From assembly GCA_045046875.1 (NCBI GenBank), contig JASFYY010000119.1, positions 1-24,185 of the forward strand: a stretch of 24,185 bases of DNA, in the 5' to 3' direction. Of this stretch, positions 1-8,637 are shown in pieces. Within the stretch, counting starts at the first letter, position 1. Each line of letters starts with the position of its first letter. A program made the position numbers and the translations under genes. The DNA is from Verrucomicrobiota bacterium. Its GTDB lineage: Bacteria > Verrucomicrobiota > Verrucomicrobiia > Verrucomicrobiales > DEV007. A model generated the notes under the pieces. That model was not told where the DNA came from. It ran no database searches and was given only the letters and a program-made list of their open reading frames with translations.

Positions 1-327
1 ATCATAGGGATGATAATACTCCCCCTCATGCCCGACATAACCCACCGGACGTGGTGGTGGCCATTGTTTGATCACGTGTTTATACCAAAACCGCAGCAAA
101 AAGTTTCCCCGGAAACGCGGACGTTCCCTTTTTTTCATCGTCACCACCGGCTCAAAAGGAAACTTTTCCAAATGAGCTATCATCTCTGCAAACACCACAT
201 TGCGGAATTGCTTCAAACCTGTAATCTGACGATAGAGACTTTGCATCTCAGGTTTCAGGTAAGTCCCGCAAAGACTCACCACCAGCGGACGTCCATCCGT
301 CTTCGACTGCGCGGCCTCACTGCCCAT
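1..327 (-). CDS. Glycosyltransferase family 4 protein, N-terminal part (runs off the window edge); paralog of the adjacent GT4
   Basis: Not in the ORF track. Manual translation from the ATG at 327 stays open to base 1: MGSEAAQSKTDGRPLVVSLCGTYLKPEMQSLYRQITGLKQF...FPFEPVV...RGNFLLRFWYKHV. This aligns with the neighbour's SYCTTFLKPEMLHIYRQVSGL...FPFEPV...RSNFIRRFWLKYI. The start overlaps the upstream gene by 11 nt. Confidence 0.88.
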   Translation of the reverse strand, partial: MGSEAAQSKTDGRPLVVSLCGTYLKPEMQSLYRQITGLKQFRNVVFAEMIAHLEKFPFEPVVTMKKRERPRFRGNFLLRFWYKHVIKQWPPPRPVGYVGHEGEYYHPYD

Positions 328-1492
328 CACCCTGCGGTCCTTTCCATGTATCCAACAGCTCCTGATAATAGCCCTCCAAACGAGCGACCTGCGCCGATTG
401 CTCAAAATTCTCCCGCATGCTGGCCGCCGCCGCTTTGCCCATTTGCTGACGCATCTCGTCATCCTCAAGCAAACGCTTCACCTGCCGCAACAAACCCTCA
501 CGATCCCGCTCCGTCACCAACAAACCGGTCTGCCCCTGTTCCACCGCTTCCGGGATCCCGCCGTGCAAAGTCGCCACCACCGGCAAACCCGTCGCCATCG
601 CCTCCAACATCGCATTGGGAATTCCCTCCTGGTTATGATCCTCCGTGATCCTACTCGGGTGAATAAAAATGTGCGCCTGATGATACAAGTCACGCAACTG
701 CTCTGAACTCAGAAAACCCGGGAAATCCACCTGTCCACCGATTCCCAGTTCTTTCGCCAAATCCTGGGTCTGCTCCATCAAAGGGCCATCGCCAGCCAGC
801 ACCAACCGTGCTTTGGGATAAAGCTTCACCAAATCGGCAAACACATGCAGGGTATCATCCAAGCCCTTTTTTTCCACCATGCGGCAAGCCTGTATCAATC
901 TCCACTCTCCCCCCTCTGGTGCCGGACGCTCAACCACCGGAAACCCCTCCATCGGAATGCCGGTCCGGTTCAAACGGATCTTACTCTCGTCACAACCGAG
1001 ATCGATCAGACGCTGCTTCAGGCTCTCCGATCTCGCCATCACCATTGGCAAAGTCTGCAGCAAATCGCGCAAGCGATCGACATAACCTGGTTGATCCTCC
1101 CTCGGCTGCACGTCCATGCCATGAAAAGAAACCACCACCGGCCGATGCCAGCGTTTGATAAAAGGCAACAGATGCACTCCGGTATGACCAAAATACACAT
1201 GCATCAAATCCGCTTGGTGTTTTTGCAAAGCCTGCTCCAACACCCGGTATTCCCCTCGATAAACAATCGCCGGCTCTTTTTTGATATACTTCAGCCAGAA
1301 TCGGCGGATAAAATTGCTGCGCACCTTGCCGTGGATCTCCACCGGTTCAAAAGGAAACCGATCTTCACTGCGGCGTTCCTTGGTTATTACGAAGGTCTCA
1401 AATTCCCGCAAACCCGATACCTGTCGGTAAATGTGTAACATTTCCGGTTTCAAAAAAGTCGTGCAATAACTGGCCAATATAGGTTTCGACAT
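317..1492 (-). CDS. Glycosyltransferase family 4 (GT-B fold)
   Basis: Motifs SFHGMD, CRMVEKKG and EGIPNAMLEAMATGLPVVAT.HGGIPE (E-x7-E). ATG at 1492 preferred over TTG at 1504. Confidence 0.93.
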   Translation of the reverse strand: MSKPILASYCTTFLKPEMLHIYRQVSGLREFETFVITKERRSEDRFPFEPVEIHGKVRSNFIRRFWLKYIKKEPAIVYRGEYRVLEQALQKHQADLMHVYFGHTGVHLLPFIKRWHRPVVVSFHGMDVQPREDQPGYVDRLRDLLQTLPMVMARSESLKQRLIDLGCDESKIRLNRTGIPMEGFPVVERPAPEGGEWRLIQACRMVEKKGLDDTLHVFADLVKLYPKARLVLAGDGPLMEQTQDLAKELGIGGQVDFPGFLSSEQLRDLYHQAHIFIHPSRITEDHNQEGIPNAMLEAMATGLPVVATLHGGIPEAVEQGQTGLLVTERDREGLLRQVKRLLEDDEMRQQMGKAAAASMRENFEQSAQVARLEGYYQELLDTWKGPQGDGQ

Positions 1493-1628
1493 GATCAAGG
1501 GCAATCTGCACGGCTCGTCCCGTTTGTCGATTCCCTTTTCGCAACTAAAACGCTTTACCGAATTGCCTGAAAATAACGGCTTTGCTTTACCTGGATGGGC
1601 TAAGCTGGTAGCTTCGAAGCAGTCCTAA

Positions 1629-2444
1629 ATGCATCACACTCTGAAATCGTCGTCATTCATCTCGAATCTCTTCGTCCTTGTTTCGGCATTCACCCTGCTA
1701 TCTTGCGAACGACGCGCAACCCCCACTCTCCCGCAATCTCAAACTACCCTACCAGGTGCTGCTTCTGGATCTCCTATCGAAGCCATCATAACAACGGCAC
1801 TGAACGACCCCGAATCCTTACAAAACATCAGCTTTGCCGACGTTATCCACGCCAGTAGCGGAAAGGAAGTCATTGCCATGGATCTCAATCAAAACGAAGA
1901 TGCCGAACTAATAGAAGCTCTCAGCGATGCTATCACCCGGGTAATGGAACGTTTCAACCGCCCCGACAGCCCGACTTCGGCGGAAAAACGCATCAATGAA
2001 GTCAGCAAGCACTTTGAAAAAGCTCTACAAATCGAGATCAACTCTACCGACGGCTTTTTATGCGCAGCCCCTCGAACCGCTACAGGTAAGACCCAACGTT
2101 CCGGTTACCCTGACCTGCGGATCGTGCATCAGGAAACCGGTAGAGTCTCCTACCTGGATCCCAAACTGATCGCTGCAGGATCAATCCACAGCTCCCTGCG
2201 CACCTTCTATTTCACTCCCAAAAAAGAAAGCGGCAAAATCCTCGATGACGCGCATCACTTATTAATAGGGATCGAACATGATTCCCACAACGGAGCCTGG
2301 AAATTCACCAAATGGCGGTTGGTTGACCTTTCAGGACTCAAAATCCGACTCAAACCTGAATTCCAGGCCAGCAACAAGGATATTTACCTCAAAGAACGGA
2401 TTTTGATCGAAAATCAGCCGGAAATAGCAGCGAAATCCAAATAA
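1629..2444 (+). CDS. Putative lipoprotein with PD-(D/E)xK (restriction-endonuclease-like) nuclease motif
   Basis: Hydrophobic signal ending LLS-C26, a Pro/Thr/Ser linker, then NEVSKHFE...SGYPDLRI...YLDPKL. The CDS is well supported; the function is inferred from the motif only. Confidence 0.65.
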   Translation: MHHTLKSSSFISNLFVLVSAFTLLSCERRATPTLPQSQTTLPGAASGSPIEAIITTALNDPESLQNISFADVIHASSGKEVIAMDLNQNEDAELIEALSDAITRVMERFNRPDSPTSAEKRINEVSKHFEKALQIEINSTDGFLCAAPRTATGKTQRSGYPDLRIVHQETGRVSYLDPKLIAAGSIHSSLRTFYFTPKKESGKILDDAHHLLIGIEHDSHNGAWKFTKWRLVDLSGLKIRLKPEFQASNKDIYLKERILIENQPEIAAKSK

Positions 2445-2476
2445 ATGGCTAAAAAGCAGCTTATTTTCCTATTTTC

Positions 2477-2499
2477 ATTAAAAAATGTTATTTTTTAAT
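2477..2499. promoter_or_regulatory. Perfect 10-bp inverted repeat, candidate operator upstream of the 86-aa gene
   Basis: ATTAAAAAAT-gtt-ATTTTTTAAT, abutting a TTGCTT -35-like hexamer at 2499-2504. Confidence 0.35.
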
Positions 2500-2579
2500 T
2501 GCTTTCCCGTTCGTAAAGGCTCTAATAGATTAACTGGATTATTCCATAAGTCATTTATAACCACTAACATTCTCCCTGT

Positions 2580-2840
2580 ATGTTCAAATTATTTTTCATC
2601 CTAATAGCAATCACCACGATGATATCGATGGGGGTGGTTGGCAAAATGGGTTCGTATAGCCCGGCGCGGGTTAAACCAGCGCCAATGACGGTCAGCCTCA
2701 GCGGCGCGATTGCTTTCCCAGGACGCATCCCAGGCCCGGACACCGTATTTAAACTCAGACGTGCCGTGCAAATGGAAGATGTAGAGACCTTGAATGCGCT
2801 TCTAGTTGAAAACCACCTTTTCCTCGCTCCTAGCGAGTAG
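2580..2840 (+). CDS. Small hypothetical exported or membrane-anchored protein (86 aa)
   Basis: ATG start, hydrophobic N-terminus, an AT-rich upstream region and its own terminator downstream. Confidence 0.65.
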   Translation: MFKLFFILIAITTMISMGVVGKMGSYSPARVKPAPMTVSLSGAIAFPGRIPGPDTVFKLRRAVQMEDVETLNALLVENHLFLAPSE

Positions 2841-2877
2841 ATGGCTCATAGCTCATTTGCTTCTAGCAAACAAACTC

Positions 2878-2904
2878 AACCCTGTCTTCAGACAGGGTTT
2901 TTTT
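2878..2904 (+). terminator. Rho-independent terminator
   Basis: AACCCTGTC-ttca-GACAGGGTT stem-loop followed by a T run, 37 nt after the stop at 2840. Confidence 0.88.
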
Positions 2905-2956
2905 GTGCCCAATCGAAACCTGCGAGTGGCAACCTTCCAGTAAAACCAACACAACT

Positions 2957-3373
2957 TCACTTCAGAAAGTTCAACGCCCCGCCACTTCCGCTGCCACTCT
3001 CATCACGGTTACGCATATTATCGGCGATAGTAGCTAAGAAAGGTAACAATTGGCCTTTTACATTTTCTGCAAGCTCGATTTCATCCATCGCTTCCCCCAT
3101 CAACTTGACCCAACGATCACGTTCAGCAAAACCGATCGAAAAAGGCACATGGCGCATCTTCAAACGCGGATGGCCACGTTTTTCTATATACCTCGGCACA
3201 CCTCCAATGCGAAAATTCAAAAACTCCCGCAATCTCCATTCCGACTGTTCCCATTCACCCTCGGGATACATCGGACCAATCAAGTCATCCTCTTTCACCC
3301 GCTGGTAAAAAGCATGCACCATGCGGCCGATGCCTTCCTCCCCCATATGGGCAAAAACTTCTTTTTCATTCAT
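2957..3373 (-). CDS. Truncated (2/2) hemoglobin, group II (trHbO-like)
   Basis: G..GI..MV.AFY.RV..D..IGPMYP, FL..RIGG.PRY...RGHPRLKMRH.PF.IG..ERDRW; 138 aa. Confidence 0.92.
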   Translation of the reverse strand: MNEKEVFAHMGEEGIGRMVHAFYQRVKEDDLIGPMYPEGEWEQSEWRLREFLNFRIGGVPRYIEKRGHPRLKMRHVPFSIGFAERDRWVKLMGEAMDEIELAENVKGQLLPFLATIADNMRNRDESGSGSGGALNFLK

Positions 3374-3473
3374 AAATCCACCCTACACCGTTGTCACCGA
3401 TACGCCAAGAACCTGCTCACACATTCCCAGCATATTTACATGAATTTAGCACCAATCGTGATATGATCATGGC

Positions 3474-4316
3474 ATGAAATCTGTCCGATACCCGCTTCTT
3501 GCCGGTCTTGCCCTCGTCACCCTCACACTCGCTTGCTCATGCAAAAAAAGCCGTGACCCCGGTGACGCTATCGAATTGCCTGAGTTGAAACTAAAAAAAG
3601 GTCAAACCGTGCGTGCCATCATGGAAACTGTGACCGAAAACGGTACTATAAAAATAGTCGGCGGCAAAGAAAACGGTAGCGGAACCATGTTTGTGCAACG
3701 AGTGCGTGTTTTTGAAAAAACACGCACTCGGGATGGCTTTCGCTACAACATTCAGAAAAACGATTCCAACGCCAGCTTTGAATGGAAAGGACAGGAAACG
3801 CCCTCGGAAACCCACACCACCCTGACCGGACGTCCGGTTCTGGCCACACGTGGTGACGACGGCTGGAAAATGACTCTTGCTGAGGGGCATGCCAGTCCTG
3901 CACAAATCGCCGAAATCAAAGCTTTCGAAGCCTACGCCAACCGCCAATGGCTACCGGGACATCCTGTGAAAATAGGTGACAGCTGGCCATGCCAACCCGG
4001 ATTCATAAAACACTTCATCCAAAGCGATCTTATCAAAACTAGTACAGGAGGAACATTGACCCTTCTCTCCATCGAAGGTGACAATGCTATTGTTTCGGTA
4101 AACATACACGGCAGCGGCGAGCACAACGATCAGAAAACCCTCTCCAAAGCTTCGATCAATCTGACCGGCACAGCCGTATTCTCGATCCAGACCGGCCTGG
4201 ATCTCGGCTTGGATTTAAAAGGCAGTGTCACCAGCGGCGTTCAGCATGCCAATGGCGAAATCAAAGCCGTCTTATTACCTGTAACGCTCAAGGTTAGAAA
4301 AAAAATACTTGAATGA
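3474..4316 (+). CDS. Hypothetical lipoprotein, beta-rich
   Basis: Signal peptide with LACSC lipobox; 280-aa ORF filling the gap between genes. LPGHPVKIGDSW is reminiscent of DUF6263-type proteins (unverified). Confidence 0.78.
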   Translation: MKSVRYPLLAGLALVTLTLACSCKKSRDPGDAIELPELKLKKGQTVRAIMETVTENGTIKIVGGKENGSGTMFVQRVRVFEKTRTRDGFRYNIQKNDSNASFEWKGQETPSETHTTLTGRPVLATRGDDGWKMTLAEGHASPAQIAEIKAFEAYANRQWLPGHPVKIGDSWPCQPGFIKHFIQSDLIKTSTGGTLTLLSIEGDNAIVSVNIHGSGEHNDQKTLSKASINLTGTAVFSIQTGLDLGLDLKGSVTSGVQHANGEIKAVLLPVTLKVRKKILE

Positions 4317-4323
4317 GGTCTCG

Positions 4324-5421
4324 TTATTTTTCGTAATCAATCTGCTGAAAAATCCCACCTCCCATCAAAACCTCGCCATCATAAAAAGCGCAGATCTGCC
4401 CTGGAGTGAGTGCACGTTGAGGCTCTGAAAATTCGATCAGCATTTCCCTGCCGTCCTCGCTCTGCTGCAAAATTTCAAGTGAACAAGAAGGGCAACGGTA
4501 ACGAGGCTGGGCGCTCAATTCAGCGGCTTCGTTCAGCGCCCGGTGAGTCAAACTGATGGACCCCACTCGACAACGCGAGGCATACAGCCTGGGTGTATCC
4601 GGATCATCAAAGGCGACCACCAGTTCGTTACTTTCCGAACGTTTCTCCACTAGCACATAAGCCTTGCCATAAACCGGCGAAGAAACCCGCAGCCCTTTGC
4701 GTTGCCCGAAAGTATACAAATGCAACCCTCGGTGCTGACCCACCACCTTGCCCTCGGTAGTCACAATGTCCCCCGGTTGGTCCGCAATGTAATGTTGCAA
4801 AAAATCCGCCATCTTGACATTGCCCATGAAACAAATCCCCTGGCTGTCCTTTTTTTTAGCCACTGGCACGTCAAAGCGCAATGCCTCGCTACGCACCTCG
4901 CTTTTAGGCAATTCTCCAACCGGGAACAACACATTCCTAATCTGCTCTTGCTGCAACAATGCAAGAAAATAGGTCTGATCCTTATTGTCATCCATGCCGC
5001 GCAAAACATCCACCTCCCGCGATCCCTCATGCTCTCGAATGCGCGCGTAATGCCCTGTGGCAATCGAGTCAAAACCTTGTGCCAAAGCAAAATCACGAAA
5101 CACACCGAACTTCATCTCACGATTACACATCACATCCGGATTGGGAGTCACTCCCTCGCGGTAGCCCTTCAGCATATAGTCCACCACCCGCTCACGGTAA
5201 GCGTCCATCAAGCTCAGAATACGCAGTTCGATGCCCAAATGATCCGCCACCGCCCTGGCATCACGAATATCCTGCTGCCAGGGGCAATCACCGGGCAACC
5301 CCTCTTCATTAATCCAGTTTTTCATGTAAGCACCCACCACCTCATGCCCCTGTTCCTGCAACAGAGCTGCGGCCACACTGCTGTCCACTCCTCCGGACAT
5401 CGCTACCAATATTTTTGCCAT
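4324..5421 (-). CDS. mnmA: tRNA 2-thiouridine(34) synthase
   Basis: PP-loop AMSGGVDSSVAA, TPNPDVMCNREMKF, ATGHYA, KDQTYFL, KKDSQGICF and QRALTPGQ. Confidence 0.97.
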   Translation of the reverse strand: MAKILVAMSGGVDSSVAAALLQEQGHEVVGAYMKNWINEEGLPGDCPWQQDIRDARAVADHLGIELRILSLMDAYRERVVDYMLKGYREGVTPNPDVMCNREMKFGVFRDFALAQGFDSIATGHYARIREHEGSREVDVLRGMDDNKDQTYFLALLQQEQIRNVLFPVGELPKSEVRSEALRFDVPVAKKKDSQGICFMGNVKMADFLQHYIADQPGDIVTTEGKVVGQHRGLHLYTFGQRKGLRVSSPVYGKAYVLVEKRSESNELVVAFDDPDTPRLYASRCRVGSISLTHRALNEAAELSAQPRYRCPSCSLEILQQSEDGREMLIEFSEPQRALTPGQICAFYDGEVLMGGGIFQQIDYEK

Positions 5422-5494
5422 AGCCTACTTATAATTTGAAATCTAGAATTTGAGCCGGAGCGTAGCCAGCCCGAAGATACTACCTGAAGGCAAA

Positions 5495-5523
5495 CTTGAA
5501 ATTTTCAAGCACAAAGCCATAGT
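5495..5523 (+). promoter_or_regulatory. Candidate sigma70 promoter whose -35 sits within a palindrome
   Basis: TTGAAA (5496-5501), 16 nt, CATAGT (5518-5523). CTTGAAA-t-TTTCAAG inverted repeat at 5495-5509 in the divergent mnmA intergenic region. Confidence 0.4.
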
Positions 5524-5539
5524 CCGTTATTATATTACG

Positions 5540-6223
5540 ATGAGCGAATCAGAAAAAACAAGCAGCGACACTTCGTTGAACGAGCAAAAAGGCGCCTCAC
5601 CCCTACCTGGCTGCATCATTGTCATCGTGACGATGCTCGTCTTTGGCGGCCTCGCCGTTCTCTATATCGGAGTCGGTTACTGGATGAACAGCCAACTCGA
5701 TGCCATCACCGCCCCCACTCCCGTCGAAATCAGCGTCGCCAAACCCAGCCAACAACAAATCGATTCGGCTTACCACAAGCTCGAGCAAATCAAACAAGCC
5801 AGTGAAACCCAGGCGATGGTGCGCATCGCCTTCACCGCAGAGGACATCAATGCCCTGATCGCCAGCGAAGCCTTGCTCACCGACTTACGCGGCAAAGCCT
5901 TTGTCGAAAAAATCGATTCCCAAGGCATCCAAACCAAAGTCACGCAACAACTGCGTAGCCTTCCCCTACGCCCCGATCGTTTTCTCAATGCCACCATCGC
6001 GTTTGTTCCCGTGGTATTAAGAGACAGTCTGGTTTTCGAAATCCATGATGTGCGGGTCCCCGGCAAGGAAGTCCCGCAAGGATTCATCGAAGGTTACTCC
6101 AAACAGGATTTTTTCAAATTGGACGCCAAAAATGAACAGCTCAAACCCATCCTACTGCAACTGCGCCGTGCTTATCTGGAAGACGACCACGTGATCATCG
6201 AAACGGGCAGGGATAAAAACTAA
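5540..6223 (+). CDS. Hypothetical single-pass membrane protein
   Basis: ATG at 5540 preferred; GCIIVIVTMLVFGGLAVLYIGVGY transmembrane segment followed by a soluble domain. Converges on nth with a 4-nt overlap. Confidence 0.8.
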   Translation: MSESEKTSSDTSLNEQKGASPLPGCIIVIVTMLVFGGLAVLYIGVGYWMNSQLDAITAPTPVEISVAKPSQQQIDSAYHKLEQIKQASETQAMVRIAFTAEDINALIASEALLTDLRGKAFVEKIDSQGIQTKVTQQLRSLPLRPDRFLNATIAFVPVVLRDSLVFEIHDVRVPGKEVPQGFIEGYSKQDFFKLDAKNEQLKPILLQLRRAYLEDDHVIIETGRDKN

Positions 6224-6873
6224 GCCTTATTCACCACAATCCCCCGTTTCCTCTGAGGAAACATTTCCCGACAAAGACCGCACACCGTGCCATCACAACC
6301 TCTGGCCGAACAATGCTCCCGGCCATAGAAAATAATCTGCAAGTGCAGACGGTTCCAACTCTGTCGGGGGAACAACCTTTTTAAGTCTTTCTCCGTTTGT
6401 TTCACATTCTGCCCCTTGCTCAACTTCCAACGTTGCGCCAACCGATGAATGTGGGTATCCACCGGAAATGCAGGCACCCCAAAAGCCTGGGACATCACTA
6501 CCGAAGCCGTTTTATGCCCCACCCCTGGCAAAGCCTCTAAATCCTCAAAAGTTTGTGGCACCTGCCCTCCATGTTGATCCCTGATGATTCTTGACAACTC
6601 AGAAATAGCCGCACTTTTCTTCGGCGACAAACCACAAGGGCGGATAATTGCCCGGATATCAGCCACCTCCACTTGTGCCATCGTCTCAGGGCGATCAGCC
6701 AAATCAAACAAAGCCGGAGTCACCTGATTGACCCGCACATCCGTACATTGAGCCGATAACAATACCGCCACTAACAGGGTATAGGGATCATGATGATCCA
6801 AAGGAATGGGCGTTTCTGGATAGAGCTCATCCAGTCGTTTTAAAATCAAGGCAGCTCTGTCAGCTTTTATCAT
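6220..6873 (-). CDS. nth: Endonuclease III
   Basis: LLVAVLLSAQCTD, HhH motif LPGVGHKTA (catalytic K), FPVDTHIHR (catalytic D) and four C-terminal Cys. Confidence 0.96.
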   Translation of the reverse strand: MIKADRAALILKRLDELYPETPIPLDHHDPYTLLVAVLLSAQCTDVRVNQVTPALFDLADRPETMAQVEVADIRAIIRPCGLSPKKSAAISELSRIIRDQHGGQVPQTFEDLEALPGVGHKTASVVMSQAFGVPAFPVDTHIHRLAQRWKLSKGQNVKQTEKDLKRLFPRQSWNRLHLQIIFYGREHCSARGCDGTVCGLCREMFPQRKRGIVVNKA

Positions 6874-6883
6874 CCAAGCTTAA

Positions 6884-7495
6884 TCAGGAAACCCTGAATC
6901 CATTCCTCAACTCATGCGGGATATGAGAGATCTTTTTCTGGATCGCCTTCAGCATCGTGCGCACATGGGCAGCTTTGGACGCACGAGATTGCAGAATCCT
7001 CTCACTCTCGGTGAAACTCCCCCATTCCAAAACCTCAATCCCCACATGACGCGTCCCCCATTGTTTCATCGAAGACAGCGTAGGTTTGTAAATATCGATG
7101 GTATCGGACCCCACCAAAGCCTTGCCATAGTCATCCACCACATACTCCTGCGACAAACCCTTGATCTTAAACCGTGTACCAAGCGGGAAACGTGACCAAT
7201 CCGCGGCCGCACTGCGCTCTTTCCTGTCATGTTTGAGATCACCGCCTGCGGCATTTTTTTTGCCATATTTCCAGCTATCACTCTCCTGATGAGAATAAGC
7301 CGTGGTCCGCACCACCAACAAACGGGGCGCACTATCACGTATAGCCTGAGCTTTCGCCTCACTGTCGTCTCCAGCAGGGGCAGGCTTAAACACACTGCTG
7401 CCACCGCCTGACAGCTGGTTCTGTGTGCCACAGCTGGAGAAAACCATGGCTAAAATCACGGCGCTCACCGTGTGATAAAATGATCGTAAGCTCAT
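6884..7495 (-). CDS. 3D (Asp-Asp-Asp) domain lipoprotein, MltA-related peptidoglycan-active family
   Basis: Lipobox FSS-C; RTTAY...AAADWSRFPLGT...VVDDYG...TIDIY pattern. Confidence 0.85.
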   Translation of the reverse strand: MSLRSFYHTVSAVILAMVFSSCGTQNQLSGGGSSVFKPAPAGDDSEAKAQAIRDSAPRLLVVRTTAYSHQESDSWKYGKKNAAGGDLKHDRKERSAAADWSRFPLGTRFKIKGLSQEYVVDDYGKALVGSDTIDIYKPTLSSMKQWGTRHVGIEVLEWGSFTESERILQSRASKAAHVRTMLKAIQKKISHIPHELRNGFRVS

Positions 7496-7599
7496 CTTGT
7501 TCTAGTATTTAAATATGGTTAAATATCAACCAATGTCCAGAAGATATTCTTCCTCTCTCTCACAAAAATCTAGATAGCCCTATATAACTCGCCAGATAT

Positions 7600-7617
7600 G
7601 AAAATCAAGTGATTTTC
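7600..7617. promoter_or_regulatory. Perfect 8-bp inverted repeat in the divergent intergenic region
   Basis: GAAAATCA-ag-TGATTTTC between the 3D-lipoprotein/nth unit and the UDG gene. Confidence 0.35.
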
Positions 7618-7722
7618 TCATATTTGAGTATTTTATTAGTCCTGTAGCGCAAGCGCTTGCCAAATCAACTTCTCAACAAAAAAAGCTCTTGCACCTGACT
7701 GCTGCTTCAGAAAAGATAAGCC

Positions 7723-8622
7723 ATGCCCAACACCGCCCAAATGAGTGAAGCGATTCACACCCTGACAGAGATTCTTCAACACCAGAAGGATTTGGGTGAT
7801 GATAAAATCCTGCTGCAGGAAAATGATTTGGCAACCTTGCGTAACCTGCCACAACAGTTCCGCCAGCAATTTACCCCCCGCCCTGCAATCACCGCCGCCG
7901 CATCGTCTATCGTCAATGCGCCAACTCAAAGTCAGGGCCCTGCCACCACTGAAAGCCGTCCTAACACCCCGCCTCCAGCTTCTACTGAAACAACACCTCC
8001 CAACAAACGAAACCAACTCAATACGCTGGCCAGAGAAGTAAAATCAGATGAAACCTATCGCTCCCTGGGCACCCTCGGCACCACCATGGTGTTTGCTTCG
8101 GGCAACCCCGATGCGCGCCTGATGTTAATCGGTGAAGCCCCCGGACTAGAAGAAGAGCAAGATAAAAAACCCTTTCGCGGAGCCGCTGGAGAGTTGCTGG
8201 ATAATATCCTCAAGGCGATGAAACTGACCCGGGAAGAAATTTACATCAGTAACGTGCTTAAATTTCGCCCACTGCCGTCCAACCAGCAAGACGCAGCTGC
8301 AAGCAACCGGCGACCCAACAAGGATGAAATCAATGCCAGCATAAAATACATCCTAGCTGAAATTGATGTGGTGAAACCCGCCGTCATCATCGCCCTGGGC
8401 GGAACAGCTGCCCACAGTTTATTGGAAACCAATGCCCCATTGAAAGACCTGCGCCAACAAGAACATCATCTGAAAGGCATCCCCGTCATCGTCAGCTACC
8501 ACCCCGCCTATTTGATCCATTGCGAATCCACCTCAGCAGATAAATACAAAAAAGAAAAAGGCAAAGTCTGGCTGGATATGAAACTGGCCCTACAAAAACT
8601 GGAAAACTCTGCCCGGGGCTAA
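7723..8622 (+). CDS. Uracil-DNA glycosylase, family 4 type, with a long N-terminal extension
   Basis: VFASGNPDARLMLIGEAPG.EE...PFRG.AG.LL, YISNVLK.RP, IIALGGTA and YHPAYL. An alternative start lies at 7741. Confidence 0.9.
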   Translation: MPNTAQMSEAIHTLTEILQHQKDLGDDKILLQENDLATLRNLPQQFRQQFTPRPAITAAASSIVNAPTQSQGPATTESRPNTPPPASTETTPPNKRNQLNTLAREVKSDETYRSLGTLGTTMVFASGNPDARLMLIGEAPGLEEEQDKKPFRGAAGELLDNILKAMKLTREEIYISNVLKFRPLPSNQQDAAASNRRPNKDEINASIKYILAEIDVVKPAVIIALGGTAAHSLLETNAPLKDLRQQEHHLKGIPVIVSYHPAYLIHCESTSADKYKKEKGKVWLDMKLALQKLENSARG

Positions 8623-8637
8623 ACAAGTCCATCAGCC

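Noticed and set aside
10..648. 212-aa Pro-rich ORF on the + strand
   Set aside because: It is an antisense shadow of the two GT4 genes; the Pro richness follows from the C-rich + strand.
2841..3466. + strand ORFs 2841..3308 and 3050..3466
   Set aside because: Both are antisense to the truncated hemoglobin gene, and the first also runs through a terminator.
4702..5439. 245-aa + strand ORF
   Set aside because: Antisense to mnmA, with no motifs.
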